Below are positions 1 to 10,844 of a DNA stretch of 64,000 bases, piece after piece. Within the stretch, counting starts at the first letter, position 1. The number at the start of each line of letters is the position of its first letter. Source of the DNA: a virus. The position numbers and the translations under genes are program-made. The stretch covers positions 3,850 to 67,849 of the IMG/VR virus record IMGVR_UViG_3300035703_000080. One strand, given 5' to 3'. The notes beneath the pieces were generated by a model. It ran no database searches. It worked only from the letters and a program-made list of their open reading frames with translations, and was not told where the DNA came from.

Positions 1-3000
1 GTCGCCGTCGGTGTCGCGGCGGAAGCTCCCACGGAGGTCGTGCAGTCCGTGTTGGAGCGGTGGCAAGCAGGTCTGCCGCTGCTGGACGAGGATGCCCTCA
101 AGGAGTACGGTGAGAGCGCCTATGCCGGTGCGCTGGTGGGCGGACCCGTTGGTGCCGCAGGCCGTGCCTACGGACGCTCGGGCGCCCGGGCCGAGATCCG
201 TGAGCAAGAAGAAGCCGCTGCTGCCGAGCAGCGTCGGGCCGCAGCGCAGGCCGAGCAGGAGCAGCGCGAAGCGCCTGACTACATCCTGACGCTGAACGAC
301 GAGTACCAGAAGCTGCTGGCGCAAGAGAACGCGCTCAAGGCGCAGCGCAAGAAAGAAACCAAAGAAGCGCCGCTGACGCAAGAAGACAAAGACAACAACG
401 AGCTGATCAACCGACAGCTTGCCGAAATTAAGGACCCCCTTGCGCAAGCACGCAAAGCATTCAACGACGCAGGCGGCCCCCCGGCGCTGAAGAAGGTTCA
501 AGATGCACGGCGCACTGCGGCGCTCAGTCCGCAAGAAGCCTTCCTCGAAAGCCTCGGTGTTTCCGCAGCAAAGCCGACGCCTTCGGCAGAAGCAGCAAGC
601 ATAGAGGAAGCAGCGCTTGAGTCTGCGGCGGCGACCGCGCCTTCGGCGCTTCAGCGCTACGCACAAAACCGCATAAGCCTTGCAAACGAGCAGACGTTCG
701 GCACCGCTACTGCCAAAGACTACGTCGACTACCTGCTGGAGCGCCCATCTCTGGCACAAAAACTGGTAGACGAAAACCAACAGCTCCCCGGCATAGACAG
801 CAAAAAGCTGAGCAACAGCGTTTTGTCTGGGTTGCGGCTGGCGCTGGCTGAGCGCAAGAAGCAAGCAGCCAAAGGCAGGCCGCTTGAAGGAACGCCGCTG
901 TCACAGCTTGAAGCTGAAGAAGCTGCTGCACTGGAAGATGTATCCAGAGAAGAAGCTGCGCGTCTTGCAGAGACAGAAGAGCGGCGCAAACTCGGACCGG
1001 AACTGACGGCACTCCAGCGCATGCGTGCGCGGCGTTTGCCCGAGAGCGTGCGCGAAGAACCTTACATCGAGGCTGTTGCGGAGCGCGCCGCGCGTGCTGC
1101 GCCCGCACCGGAACCGCAGCCTTCTGCTGCTGTCGGACAGATGCAGCAGCTCCTCACGGGGCAAGACGTAACGTACACCGCAGAAGAGCCGAAAGCACGG
1201 CAACTGCGGCGTGTGCCGACGGAAGGGCTGACTCTTTTTGGAGAAAGCCAACGCGAGGCTGAAGCCGCCCCTGCCAAGACGCCCGATCCCAAGCAGCTTC
1301 GCGAGCGCATCAATCGTGCGCTGCTGAACCCGAACCTTTCCGACGAGGCTTACGACCTGTTGCGGCGGGCAGAAGACCTCATGCCCGACGTCGAGACGCG
1401 CATCGCTACGCGCAGGGCAACCGCCGAAGGGCGCACCCGGGAAGACGTCGCACAAACGGCGGGGTTGCTGGAGCTGCTGGATCAGCAGCTCACCCGTATT
1501 GAGCGTGGGCAGGAGGGTGTGCCGACAGCGGGACGCACGCTTGTCCAAGATGCGGCGCGCCGACCTGCATTGGGCGCAAGCGTTGTTTCGCCGTCCGAGG
1601 CGACGAAGGATGATATTCGCCTGCGGCGGCAGCAGACGTATGCGGACCTTGTAGCGCAAGGTTTTTCTCCTGGGGCAGCGGCCAAGCGTGCTTTCCAAAT
1701 CGGCAAGCCTACGGCGCAAGCGCAAGAAGGCGCGCTGACGCGCTTCGACGTTCCGCAGCAACCTCAACGCCCCGAAGCGCAGGCCGAAGTCACACGCAAG
1801 GTGCCCGGGCGCATCACACCGATGGAGCCCCGCGCTGCCCGAGAAATGGCTCCGGGACCGGAGGCTGCGCGTCAGCCTGGGCGGCAGTTGGCGCAAGAAC
1901 CGCGTCGAGGCACTATCCGGGGACGCGGCGCGCCGCTGTCACTGGCCGCAGAGATTGAGCCCTTGTTGCAGATGCAGGAGCGTGCGCGGGCCGAAGACGC
2001 GGGGCAGCAGGTGCTGTTTCCTGAGCTGGAGCGCGAGCGCGGCACCATTGCATCTACGCCGGAAGCATTCCGTCGACGGCTCGACCGCTTGAAGGCGGTG
2101 AAGGACGGCTACGCACGAGAACTGTTGCGCAAAGAAGCGGCGGTGCAGCCGCTTGAACAAGAGATCCGAGAACTCGGAGCGACGTTGGACGAGTACCAAC
2201 GACAGCAAAAAGCGTTGCAAGACGCGCAGTTTGTTTTGCGAAATAACGAGGCGCTGCTCAAAGAGCTGCGCGTGACCGGTGCCGGTACTGAAAAACTCAG
2301 CGGCGGTATCGGTGCGCTTACGGTAAGCGAGAACACGTTTCAGCAAGCAGCAGACGCCTTGAACAGACAGCGGGTGTTGCTACTCAACTACGCAGAACAA
2401 CGGCGGCGTGAAAAGGAAGCTGCGCCAAAGCTCAAAACAAAAGACTTTGCAGAAATCAGCAAGTTGCTTGAAGTGCAAGCCAGCGACGACGCGCGGTTGG
2501 CCAATGCACTGGCTTCTATCGAAGCCGAAGTTGAGCGCATAAACGCGTTCGAGAAAGACGTCTACAAGCAGTTTCCGCTAATTGAGCGCGCAAAGGAAGC
2601 CGCGCGGGAGCGCATGCGTGACCTGCACCGCCGCTACGGTACCGCGTCCGAGTTTTTAGACGGTCTCAAAACACTGCGCGGAAAGATTGACCGGCAGTTG
2701 CAGACGGCAAAAGACAGCTATCGCAAAGACCCGTACAACGAAGAACTGCGAGAGCTTGTTTTTGAGCTTTTCCAGCAAACGCGCGAGATCGATTCACGGA
2801 TCGACCGCAACAAAAAGCTGATGAGCAAGATCTCTGCACAGGTAGATGTCGCTGTCGCAGAGGCCAACATCAATCGCCTGAAGGCTGAAGCTCCGGCAGG
2901 TGCGGTAAAAAAGGCGGCAGACGCGCTGGCGGACGCAAAGCGGCGCTTGCAAACGCTGCGCTCCGATCTTGCCAAAGCACAACCGAAACCCGCAGCAACA

Positions 3001-6000
3001 CCTGTCGAAGAAAAGGAAAGGCCTGCGTCTGCGGTTGCGGAAGGGCCGTTGCAAGAAGTCATTTCTTACTCGGCCAATCTGAACAGGCATCAGCGCATGT
3101 TGGAGGCCATGCAGTTGCGTACGAAGACCGGCACTATTGTTCCGGCACTTTCCTACGCGCAACGGCTTGCCCGAGAGTCAGGCGCAGAAGTCAAGTTCTC
3201 TGTAGACGACCTTGCGCTGCTGGACAAAGACCCCAAGCGTGTGCTTAACGGGCTTGTCAGTCGTGCAACGGATCTCGAGAACAAGATCAAAAAAGCGGTG
3301 GCTAACTCGCGCGGGGCGGTGCTGCGCGGCGAAGTAGAACTGATCAACCGTTACAAGCAACTGGTGCAGGACTACGAAAACGCAGAGTCCTCGTTGGAGC
3401 GTTCGCAGATCGAGCCGGAACTGGACCTAGTTGCCAAAGAGTACAGCACCGCGCTCAATGAGTCTTTGGCCAAGCGCGTTGTTTGGAAAGGCCAAAAGCG
3501 AGATACGGCAGAGCTGCTCAATCTCTACCAAAAAATTGCCTATCTCGAAGAGCGGTTCTTCTTGCCGCAGGCGGCGGAAAAACGCACGTACCGCCCCGAG
3601 ACAGAAGCGGAGATCGCGGAGCGCGAGCGCGAAGCTGCGGCCATTTTCGAGTCTCAGCGCGAAGCGCAAGCCGGTGCGGGCACGACTTCTGGCGAAGCCC
3701 TCACGCGTTCGCAAGTTGCAAAGCGCCGCAAAGCGCAAAAAACGCTGTACAGCAGCAAGGGTGTTACGGCCCAAGAAGAGCTGTCCAACGAGGCGCTCAT
3801 CGAAAACGCCAAGGCCTACGCAACGGCGCAGGAAGTTGCGTTGTTGCGCAGCGCGCTTGAAAAACGAGATCGCCTTGAGCCGCTGACGGATCTTGAGCAG
3901 TTTGCGTACAACAGCGCCGTAGAAGCAAACCGCCCCAGCTTTGCGGACTTCGAGCCTCTGGCGGACGTCGTGCAAAAAGAGCGCAAGGGTACGCGCAAGC
4001 GCGGCGCGGCGTTGTCAGAGGAAGGCGCACTTTCTGAAGAAGCGCTGGATGTTATTGCCGAAGGGCGCGACATCGAAGAGGAAGTAAAGGCAGAAGAAGC
4101 CGCAGAGAAAGAATTTGAGCAGCGTGTCATGTACAGCGAGAGCGCTGCTACAGAAGCACCGCCAGAAAAGAAGAGTGTTGGTCGAGGCTTCTCTAAGAAA
4201 GAGATGCAAAAAGCCAACGAAATTTCTAGACTTTTCCGCGAGATCAAAGATGCGGAAGCAGAGTTGCAGGCAGAGGCGCAGAAGAGCCTAGAAAACAAAA
4301 CGCTTCTTGCAGACCGCAAACCCCTGCTGGACCGCCGCAAAAAAGTCGAAGCGTTGCGCAGCGAGCTTCAGCGATTGCTGAAGAAGGAAAAAACGGTTGC
4401 CGACGACGACGAAGGGGGTGTTGAGCTGTCGCGCGGTGCAACCGCCACGCCGTCCACTACCGCCACGGTCCGCGCGGAGTTGGGCAAAATGTTCCCTGAC
4501 CTCGGTCGGGTGCAGATCTACGACTCGGTTGACGCGCTCGTCCAGGCCAACCCGCAGTACAAGGGGCGCATCCCGGCGGATGCGCGGGGCTTCGTGGACT
4601 CGGCAGGCAACAAGGCCTTCCTGATCGCGGAGAACATCGACCAGGGCCGTGCGTTGGGCGTGCTGCTGCACGAGGTTGGTTCGCACATCGGCCTGAAGAA
4701 CACGCTTGGTGAGGCCCAGTACAACGCGTTGGTCAAGGCAGTGCAGACGTGGGCCAAGAAGACCGACGGCAGCACCGAGGCCAAGGTCGCCCAGGCGGCG
4801 CTGGCGCGTGTGGAGGCGGCGCAGACACCGGCCAGCCAGCGGGCAGACGAGACGCTGGCCTACGCCATCGAGGAAGCGGTCAACGCAGGCGTCAAGCCGA
4901 TGGAGACCAAGAGCGTCCTGGGGCAGTGGCTCAGCCGCGTCGCCCAGCTCTTCCGCCGTGCACTGGAGAAGTTCGGCCTGCCGCCCAAGGCGCTCGATGC
5001 GCAAGGGCTCGTGGACATGGCGTTCGGTGCGGCCAAGATGGAGATGCGCGGCATGCGCCCGGAGGGCGCTGTGCCGAAACGCGGCGAGCTGCTTTTCTCC
5101 CGCAAGACCGACTACGCCCCCGGACTCGCCGCCGCAGGCAAAGTCTCGGAGCAGCTTGTCGGAGGCCAACGCTCGTTCGTCGACAAAGTCAAGGCCAACC
5201 TGCTGGGCTTCCGCGCGCAGGTGGTAGACAAGCTCGCGCCGCTGGAGAAGGTCGCCTACGCCAACATGGACGACATGAAGGCGGCGCAGTTGATGTTCTA
5301 CATGCGCATGTACGACCAGCGCAACCACTTCACGTCGGAGTCGCTGGCCACCGGGGTGCCGGAACGCAAGGAGATCGTTCGCGCAGACGGGCGTAAGGAG
5401 TTCGTCATCGAGTCCAAGCCCGGTGCGAACATCAAGCAGATCGTCGACAGGCTGAGCACCAAAGCCGTCGTCAAGGAAGCAGGCAGCGTCGACGCGGCCA
5501 ACAGGCTGTTCACGCTCTACACCGCCGCCAAGCGTGCGGATCGTGTGGGCTACCAGAAGCTCGGGTTTGGCCGCGCCGCCGCCGAGGCAGAGCTGCGCCA
5601 GATCGATGCCGATCTGCGCTCGCCTACGCTGGACCCCAACGACCGCAAGCGCCTGCTCCAGCGCAAGGACTACTTGGAGAAGAACGCCGCCCAGATGCCG
5701 AGCGAAGCCGACATCCGCGCCGCCGTCAAGGAGATCGAGGCCAACACGACTCTGCGCGATGCGTTCAAGGATGCGCGGGAGATGTACAACGAATACAACC
5801 GCAACCTGCTCAACTTCGCCGTGCAGGCGGGCACTATCTCTGACGCCGAGGCCAAGCGCCTGCTTGCGGCCAAGGACTACGTCCCGTACTACCGTGTGCG
5901 CGGCGGCAACGCCGAGCTGGTGATCGGCGGCGAGAACCCCATCCGCATCGGCAACCTGAAGGACAACCCGCAGCTCGAAGAGCTGGTCGGCGGCGAAGAA

Positions 6001-7821
6001 CCCATCTTCGACTTCCTCACCAGCAGCGTGCAGAACACCTCGATGCTGCTCGACATGTCCCTGCGCAACTTGGCGGTGAAGAACGCCATGCACGAGCTGC
6101 GCGACGTCGGGCTGGCCAAGGTGTACTCGGAGCGCAACGAGAAGGGCAAGCGCCGCTCGGTGCCTGACAACGCCGTGAAGTTCCGCGTCAAGGGCGAGGA
6201 CTGGTTCGCCATCGTCAACACCGACGCCGCTGGCGTGCCCTCTGATCTACTGGTCAAGGGTCTGGCGGGCATCCCGACGATGCTCCCGGCAGTGGTGCGG
6301 ATGATGGCGGTCCCGGCGCGCATCCTGCGCCGCGCCATCGTGGCGTCCCCTGTCTACGTCGCCCGACAAGTCGTGCGGGACTCGGTGTCCGCTGCGCTTG
6401 CCAGCGGGGCCAACATGACGCCGATACTGAGCAGCCTGCGCAAGATCCGCAAGAAGGGCGCGCTCGACGCGCGGGGCGTCACGGGCGGGCAGGTGTTCAC
6501 CGGCATGCCTGAGGACATGGCGCGGTTGCTGCGCGAGATGCAGACCGGCAGGCCTGGGTGGGCCAAGGCGTGGAGCATGATGGAGCGCGTCGCGATGGAG
6601 GCGGATGCCACCACTCGCCGCGCCCAGTACGACAGCTACCGGGAGCAGGGGCTGTCCGAGATGGAGGCAACGCTGGCGTCGCTGGAGTCGATGAACTTCA
6701 GCAGGCGCGGGCTGTCTCCGTCGGTGCACTTCGCCAACGCCGTCATCCCGTTCTTCAACGCGCAGATCCAAGGCCTGGACGTGCTGTACCGCTCGCTGCG
6801 CGGGCAGATGCCGTTCGACAAGCGCCTGGACATCCGCAACAAGCTGCTCACGCGCGGCGCGCTGCTGGCCGGTATGTCGCTGGCTTACGCCGCGTCCATG
6901 CAGGACGAGGAGGAGTACAAGAACGCCCGCCCCGACGAGAAGTACGGGAACTGGTTCGTGCGCATGCCGTTCTTGGACGAGTACGCCGACGAGCCGGTGG
7001 TCGTGCGCGTGCCGATCCCGTTCGAGCTGGGCTACATCTTCAAGTCGCTGCCTGAGGCGCTCGTCAACACGATGGCGTCCGAGGAAGGCGGCAAGGAGGC
7101 GCTGCAAGCGCTGAAGCAGATCGCGATCAACACGATCCCAGGCGGCTCGTCTTACGGCATCCCTGCTGCGGCCAAGCCGCTCATTGAGGTCGGCTTGGGC
7201 CGGTCGTTCTTCACCGGGCGCGACATCGAGTCGATGCAGGAGCAGCAGCGCGAGCCTGGGGAGCGGTTCCGCGACGGCACCTCTGAGGTGGCCAAGGCCA
7301 TTGGCCAGACCTTCAACGTCTCGCCCATCAAGCTGGAGTACCTGCTCCGGGGCTACACCGGTAGCCTGGGCGTGGCGCTGGTGCAGTCGCTGAACTTCCT
7401 CACGCCTGCCCCCGAGGGTTCGGAGAAAGCGCTCAAGCGCCTGTCTGAGCTGCCTGTGGTCGGCACCGTGTTCCAGCCGATGGACGCCGGAGGCATCATC
7501 GACGCCGCCTACGCCCGGGTCAACGAGATCCGCCAAGCGCAGGAGACCCACGAGAACATGATCACCACCGGACGCACGGCGGATGCCCAGGCGTATCTGG
7601 AGCGCAAGGCTGATGAACTGGCGCTGGCGTCGGTGGCCGGTGATTTTCGCAAGCGCATGGGGGACGTGACGAAGGCCGAGCGGGCCATCCGCGACGCGCC
7701 GTCACTGTCCGCGCAGGAGAAGCGCGAGCGGCTCAACGAGCTGCGTCAGGTGAAGCTCCAAATCGCCTCCGCAGCTCGGGCGATTTTCGATAGAAAAACA
7801 CCCCAAGCCGCCCCTGCTTGA
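1..7821 (+). CDS. Giant internal virion/ejection protein (>2600 aa, 5' truncated) with C-terminal LPD38-like region
   Basis: Frame is open from base 1. Long Ala/Glu-rich helical region, an HExxH-like motif (LLHEVGSHIGL), and a C-terminus (IPFELGYIFKSLPE, GRSFFTGRDIE) resembling large polyvalent protein domain 38 of podovirus ejection proteins. Confidence 0.75.
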   Translation, partial: VAVGVAAEAPTEVVQSVLERWQAGLPLLDEDALKEYGESAYAGALVGGPVGAAGRAYGRSGARAEIREQEEAAAAEQRRAAAQAEQEQREAPDYILTLNDEYQKLLAQENALKAQRKKETKEAPLTQEDKDNNELINRQLAEIKDPLAQARKAFNDAGGPPALKKVQDARRTAALSPQEAFLESLGVSAAKPTPSAEAASIEEAALESAAATAPSALQRYAQNRISLANEQTFGTATAKDYVDYLLERPSLAQKLVDENQQLPGIDSKKLSNSVLSGLRLALAERKKQAAKGRPLEGTPLSQLEAEEAAALEDVSREEAARLAETEERRKLGPELTALQRMRARRLPESVREEPYIEAVAERAARAAPAPEPQPSAAVGQMQQLLTGQDVTYTAEEPKARQLRRVPTEGLTLFGESQREAEAAPAKTPDPKQLRERINRALLNPNLSDEAYDLLRRAEDLMPDVETRIATRRATAEGRTREDVAQTAGLLELLDQQLTRIERGQEGVPTAGRTLVQDAARRPALGASVVSPSEATKDDIRLRRQQTYADLVAQGFSPGAAAKRAFQIGKPTAQAQEGALTRFDVPQQPQRPEAQAEVTRKVPGRITPMEPRAAREMAPGPEAARQPGRQLAQEPRRGTIRGRGAPLSLAAEIEPLLQMQERARAEDAGQQVLFPELERERGTIASTPEAFRRRLDRLKAVKDGYARELLRKEAAVQPLEQEIRELGATLDEYQRQQKALQDAQFVLRNNEALLKELRVTGAGTEKLSGGIGALTVSENTFQQAADALNRQRVLLLNYAEQRRREKEAAPKLKTKDFAEISKLLEVQASDDARLANALASIEAEVERINAFEKDVYKQFPLIERAKEAARERMRDLHRRYGTASEFLDGLKTLRGKIDRQLQTAKDSYRKDPYNEELRELVFELFQQTREIDSRIDRNKKLMSKISAQVDVAVAEANINRLKAEAPAGAVKKAADALADAKRRLQTLRSDLAKAQPKPAATPVEEKERPASAVAEGPLQEVISYSANLNRHQRMLEAMQLRTKTGTIVPALSYAQRLARESGAEVKFSVDDLALLDKDPKRVLNGLVSRATDLENKIKKAVANSRGAVLRGEVELINRYKQLVQDYENAESSLERSQIEPELDLVAKEYSTALNESLAKRVVWKGQKRDTAELLNLYQKIAYLEERFFLPQAAEKRTYRPETEAEIAEREREAAAIFESQREAQAGAGTTSGEALTRSQVAKRRKAQKTLYSSKGVTAQEELSNEALIENAKAYATAQEVALLRSALEKRDRLEPLTDLEQFAYNSAVEANRPSFADFEPLADVVQKERKGTRKRGAALSEEGALSEEALDVIAEGRDIEEEVKAEEAAEKEFEQRVMYSESAATEAPPEKKSVGRGFSKKEMQKANEISRLFREIKDAEAELQAEAQKSLENKTLLADRKPLLDRRKKVEALRSELQRLLKKEKTVADDDEGGVELSRGATATPSTTATVRAELGKMFPDLGRVQIYDSVDALVQANPQYKGRIPADARGFVDSAGNKAFLIAENIDQGRALGVLLHEVGSHIGLKNTLGEAQYNALVKAVQTWAKKTDGSTEAKVAQAALARVEAAQTPASQRADETLAYAIEEAVNAGVKPMETKSVLGQWLSRVAQLFRRALEKFGLPPKALDAQGLVDMAFGAAKMEMRGMRPEGAVPKRGELLFSRKTDYAPGLAAAGKVSEQLVGGQRSFVDKVKANLLGFRAQVVDKLAPLEKVAYANMDDMKAAQLMFYMRMYDQRNHFTSESLATGVPERKEIVRADGRKEFVIESKPGANIKQIVDRLSTKAVVKEAGSVDAANRLFTLYTAAKRADRVGYQKLGFGRAAAEAELRQIDADLRSPTLDPNDRKRLLQRKDYLEKNAAQMPSEADIRAAVKEIEANTTLRDAFKDAREMYNEYNRNLLNFAVQAGTISDAEAKRLLAAKDYVPYYRVRGGNAELVIGGENPIRIGNLKDNPQLEELVGGEEPIFDFLTSSVQNTSMLLDMSLRNLAVKNAMHELRDVGLAKVYSERNEKGKRRSVPDNAVKFRVKGEDWFAIVNTDAAGVPSDLLVKGLAGIPTMLPAVVRMMAVPARILRRAIVASPVYVARQVVRDSVSAALASGANMTPILSSLRKIRKKGALDARGVTGGQVFTGMPEDMARLLREMQTGRPGWAKAWSMMERVAMEADATTRRAQYDSYREQGLSEMEATLASLESMNFSRRGLSPSVHFANAVIPFFNAQIQGLDVLYRSLRGQMPFDKRLDIRNKLLTRGALLAGMSLAYAASMQDEEEYKNARPDEKYGNWFVRMPFLDEYADEPVVVRVPIPFELGYIFKSLPEALVNTMASEEGGKEALQALKQIAINTIPGGSSYGIPAAAKPLIEVGLGRSFFTGRDIESMQEQQREPGERFRDGTSEVAKAIGQTFNVSPIKLEYLLRGYTGSLGVALVQSLNFLTPAPEGSEKALKRLSELPVVGTVFQPMDAGGIIDAAYARVNEIRQAQETHENMITTGRTADAQAYLERKADELALASVAGDFRKRMGDVTKAERAIRDAPSLSAQEKRERLNELRQVKLQIASAARAIFDRKTPQAAPA

Positions 7822-7975
7822 CGCAGTAAACTGCCGCCGCGTCACGCAGTTTGTGACTAACGGCGGCAAGTAAACCTGCACTACGTGTCGCTTCGAGATC
7901 AAGGGCAGGGATGAAGAATCCCTCCCCTTTCTCTAGCTTATCCCACGGCAGCTTCGTTAGCTTGACTGTCGACAT
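7733..7975 (-). CDS. Small conserved phage protein (80 aa), possibly DNA-binding
   Basis: LPWDKLEKGEGFFIP motif is similar to LPLVQMNKGDSFLIP of 25401-25673. Overlaps the primase stop and ends the minus-strand operon. Confidence 0.6.
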   Translation of the reverse strand: MSTVKLTKLPWDKLEKGEGFFIPALDLEATRSAGLLAAVSHKLRDAAAVYCVKQGRLGVFFYRKSPELRRRFGASPDAAR

Positions 7976-10829
7976 CTTTTGGTCGGCTGATCATCATTGC
8001 GTGCACGCGCATCTGTGGACCGCGTGTTCTAGACGTCATGTCCTTGCGCAGGAACTTCACCGAGTAACCGTCGAGCCGCTGTATCTGGCGCTTGAAGTCC
8101 TCGTACCCGAACGACAGCGCGACGCAGTGTGACTTCATCACTTGCTCCTCGATGTAGTAGTCGACGTACCCCTTGCGGTCGATCTCGTGCTCCACACGCC
8201 CCATGATGCGGCTGCGCGTGATGGTCTGGTCGACAGTCTCCCCGTTACCCAGTGACGCCAGCAACGACCCGTCGCTCACGCGCACCACCACGAAGTGGCC
8301 GTAGTGCTCCCGGGTGAAGGCGTTGAGCACGTCCTCTGCGGAGCGCACCCCTGCGCGCACAACCTTGCGGGCCTTCTCGACCAGCTTGAACAGGCTGTTG
8401 ATCACGGCGTCCGTCGGGATGTCGACCACGTCCGCGTACTTGCTGGAGGCCAGGATCGCCCCGGCCACCACCGCCGCACAGCCCGCCGCCCAGAACCGCT
8501 CGTCGCCCGACATGCGCCACGTCTGCTTGAGCTGCTCCTCGGCCAGCCGCACCACGCTGCGCGCTGTGTCCTGATGCTGGACGAGCCAGCGCAGGTACTT
8601 CTCCCCCGCCACGCCGTAGTTGCTGTAGAGCAGCTTGAGCGTCTCGGTCTCCTCCGGCGACCAGTTCAGCGCTTCGTTGGGCGTCCACTCCAGCATGCGG
8701 AACAGCTCGCCGTTGGACGAGTGCTGGCGTGAGCCAGACATGTAGTCCTGCATGTGCATGTTGCTGGTCAGGAAGGCCAGCAGGGACCACGACACGTTGT
8801 TGATGCGTTCGCGGTTGGCGTAGACCTCGGACTTCTCCTTGCCTTTGCCCTCCGCCGTGTCGAAGATCAGCCCCGGGAACCACTCCATGTCCTGGCGGGA
8901 CTTGTGCGTGATCTCGTCGCTGACGAACGGCAGGCTGTTGAGGTTGCCCATGCGCTGCTGCATGGTCACGGGGCTGGTGGACTTGCCTGTGCGGTAGTTG
9001 ACCGGGTGCCCCATGATCGACGCGATGGCCGTCAGGGTCAGCGACTTGCCCGTGCCTGACTCCGTGGAGCCCGCATGGAACGTCAACGCGCTCATCTGCG
9101 TGAACCGCATGAGTGGCGAGCCGAACCCGATGCACAGCATCGCCAGCATGTCGTACAGCCGCCGCTTGACCAGCATCTGTGGGAACTTGCGCCAGTTCTC
9201 CAGCGTGCCCATCGGGCGCGTGGCGCGGTTGAGGTTGGCCAGATCCGGCATCGGCACGGTCCGCTCTGTGCCGTTCTGGAAGAACACACGCCCGTTGTAG
9301 ACGAACGTCCCGTCCTCTTGCCACCCGTACTGCTGCGGCACGCGCACCGCCTTCTTGGTCAGGCTCGCCTCCTCCACACAGGCGCGAATGTAGTCGAACA
9401 GGTTCTTGTCGTTGCCTGCACCGAACGAAGCCAGGATGTTCTGCTCGGCCAGCTTCTTGACGCAGTCGTCCTTGCTCACCGTGTACCGCTGCGGCATGAG
9501 GATGTCGACCGGTGCGTCCTTCTTGTTGGCCACCATGTGCACGGTGTGCTCGCCCTCCTTGACCAGCAGGTCGACCACGAACATGTCGTAGGGCAGCAGC
9601 ATGACGTTCTGCTTGCGCTTGGTACCGTCCGCCTCCTCGATGATGCGCTCCACGTAGATGCCGCCGTTGGCCCCGTAGCTGTACCCCTTGGGCGGCGCAG
9701 GGCGCATGACCTTGATGGTCTCGCGCTCTTCGGTGATCTCATCGACCTTGTGGATCTCGACCTCTTTCTCGGCGTTGTCCGCAAGCAGCTCGCGACCCAG
9801 GGCCAGCGGGTTGGTGATGTTGCTCCAGTGCTTGCAGCCGCTGCACACGCCGGGGTTCACCCCTTCGAGCTTCACGCACGAGTACGGCCCCTTGATCTCG
9901 TTCAGCTTCGTCCGCATCCGCGTGTCGTCGTACGGGTGCAGCTTGCTCAACCACACCGCCGCGCGCTCCCCGTCGGTGCAGAACTTGGCTTGCGACAGCA
10001 GCCCGCGCCACAGCGGCTCCATGCCCTCTTCTGCGGCGTGCTCGACGTAGTACGCGAGCTGCGCGCAGCCGTCGCCACGCTTCGTCCGATCGACGATGTT
10101 CTTGAACCTCGACGTCGTGTTCTCGACGAGCTTCACGCGGGTGGGGGAGGCGTTGGTCGGGCGTTGCCCGGGCAGCTCCAGTGCAGGCAGCGCAGGGCCC
10201 GCCAGCGGGTCGGCCTCGACCAGCGCAAAGACCGCGTCGCGCAGCGCCTCGAACGCCACCGGACGCCCCTCCAGCAGCACCTGAACCGGGCGGGGCTTGG
10301 GGTATGCGGGCTTGAAGTTGATCGTCCCCGGGATGCGCAGCACACGTGCGGCGTCGGCGGTGACGGTCATGTCGATGGACAGGTCCCGGGCCTTGCACAG
10401 GCGCTTGAACCGCTCTGCCAACGGGCGCCACTCGGGGATGCTGACCTCGCGGTCGAAGGACCAGTAGCAGTGCAGCCCGCCGCCGCTGGCAACAACCCAC
10501 GGGGCGCCAAAGCGGTGCAGGCCAGTGTCGTCGAGGAACCCGGACAGGGCGTTGGCGGCGTCCTTCTTGGAGGCGTAGCCGTCCATGTCGATAAACAACG
10601 CGCGAACGTAGCGCGCGTTGACTGCTTCTCTGCTTCCTTTGTTCTCGAATGTGGATAGTGCGAAGTAGACATCAAACCCTCTGCCTACCCACGCATCGAT
10701 TGTTTCTTCGTTACTGGCTAAGTCCTCTACGAACACGTGGTCGCGCTTGGGTGCTTTGTACCCTGCAAGACAGTAGTATCCGTGACCGGGTGACGGAAGG
10801 ACAGCCGCTAGAAAATCGAGCGGTTCCAT
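7938..10829 (-). CDS. Primase-helicase fusion (RepB/AEP-like primase + DUF927-type NTPase)
   Basis: Primase motifs FIDMD, SGGGLHCYW, DAARVLRIPGT; Cys cluster CSGCKHW; Walker A ESGTGKS; Walker B-like FVSDE. Confidence 0.85.
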   Translation of the reverse strand: MEPLDFLAAVLPSPGHGYYCLAGYKAPKRDHVFVEDLASNEETIDAWVGRGFDVYFALSTFENKGSREAVNARYVRALFIDMDGYASKKDAANALSGFLDDTGLHRFGAPWVVASGGGLHCYWSFDREVSIPEWRPLAERFKRLCKARDLSIDMTVTADAARVLRIPGTINFKPAYPKPRPVQVLLEGRPVAFEALRDAVFALVEADPLAGPALPALELPGQRPTNASPTRVKLVENTTSRFKNIVDRTKRGDGCAQLAYYVEHAAEEGMEPLWRGLLSQAKFCTDGERAAVWLSKLHPYDDTRMRTKLNEIKGPYSCVKLEGVNPGVCSGCKHWSNITNPLALGRELLADNAEKEVEIHKVDEITEERETIKVMRPAPPKGYSYGANGGIYVERIIEEADGTKRKQNVMLLPYDMFVVDLLVKEGEHTVHMVANKKDAPVDILMPQRYTVSKDDCVKKLAEQNILASFGAGNDKNLFDYIRACVEEASLTKKAVRVPQQYGWQEDGTFVYNGRVFFQNGTERTVPMPDLANLNRATRPMGTLENWRKFPQMLVKRRLYDMLAMLCIGFGSPLMRFTQMSALTFHAGSTESGTGKSLTLTAIASIMGHPVNYRTGKSTSPVTMQQRMGNLNSLPFVSDEITHKSRQDMEWFPGLIFDTAEGKGKEKSEVYANRERINNVSWSLLAFLTSNMHMQDYMSGSRQHSSNGELFRMLEWTPNEALNWSPEETETLKLLYSNYGVAGEKYLRWLVQHQDTARSVVRLAEEQLKQTWRMSGDERFWAAGCAAVVAGAILASSKYADVVDIPTDAVINSLFKLVEKARKVVRAGVRSAEDVLNAFTREHYGHFVVVRVSDGSLLASLGNGETVDQTITRSRIMGRVEHEIDRKGYVDYYIEEQVMKSHCVALSFGYEDFKRQIQRLDGYSVKFLRKDMTSRTRGPQMRVHAMMISRPKDVDSQANEAAVG

Positions 10830-10844
10830 GAAACTTCCCCGGAC

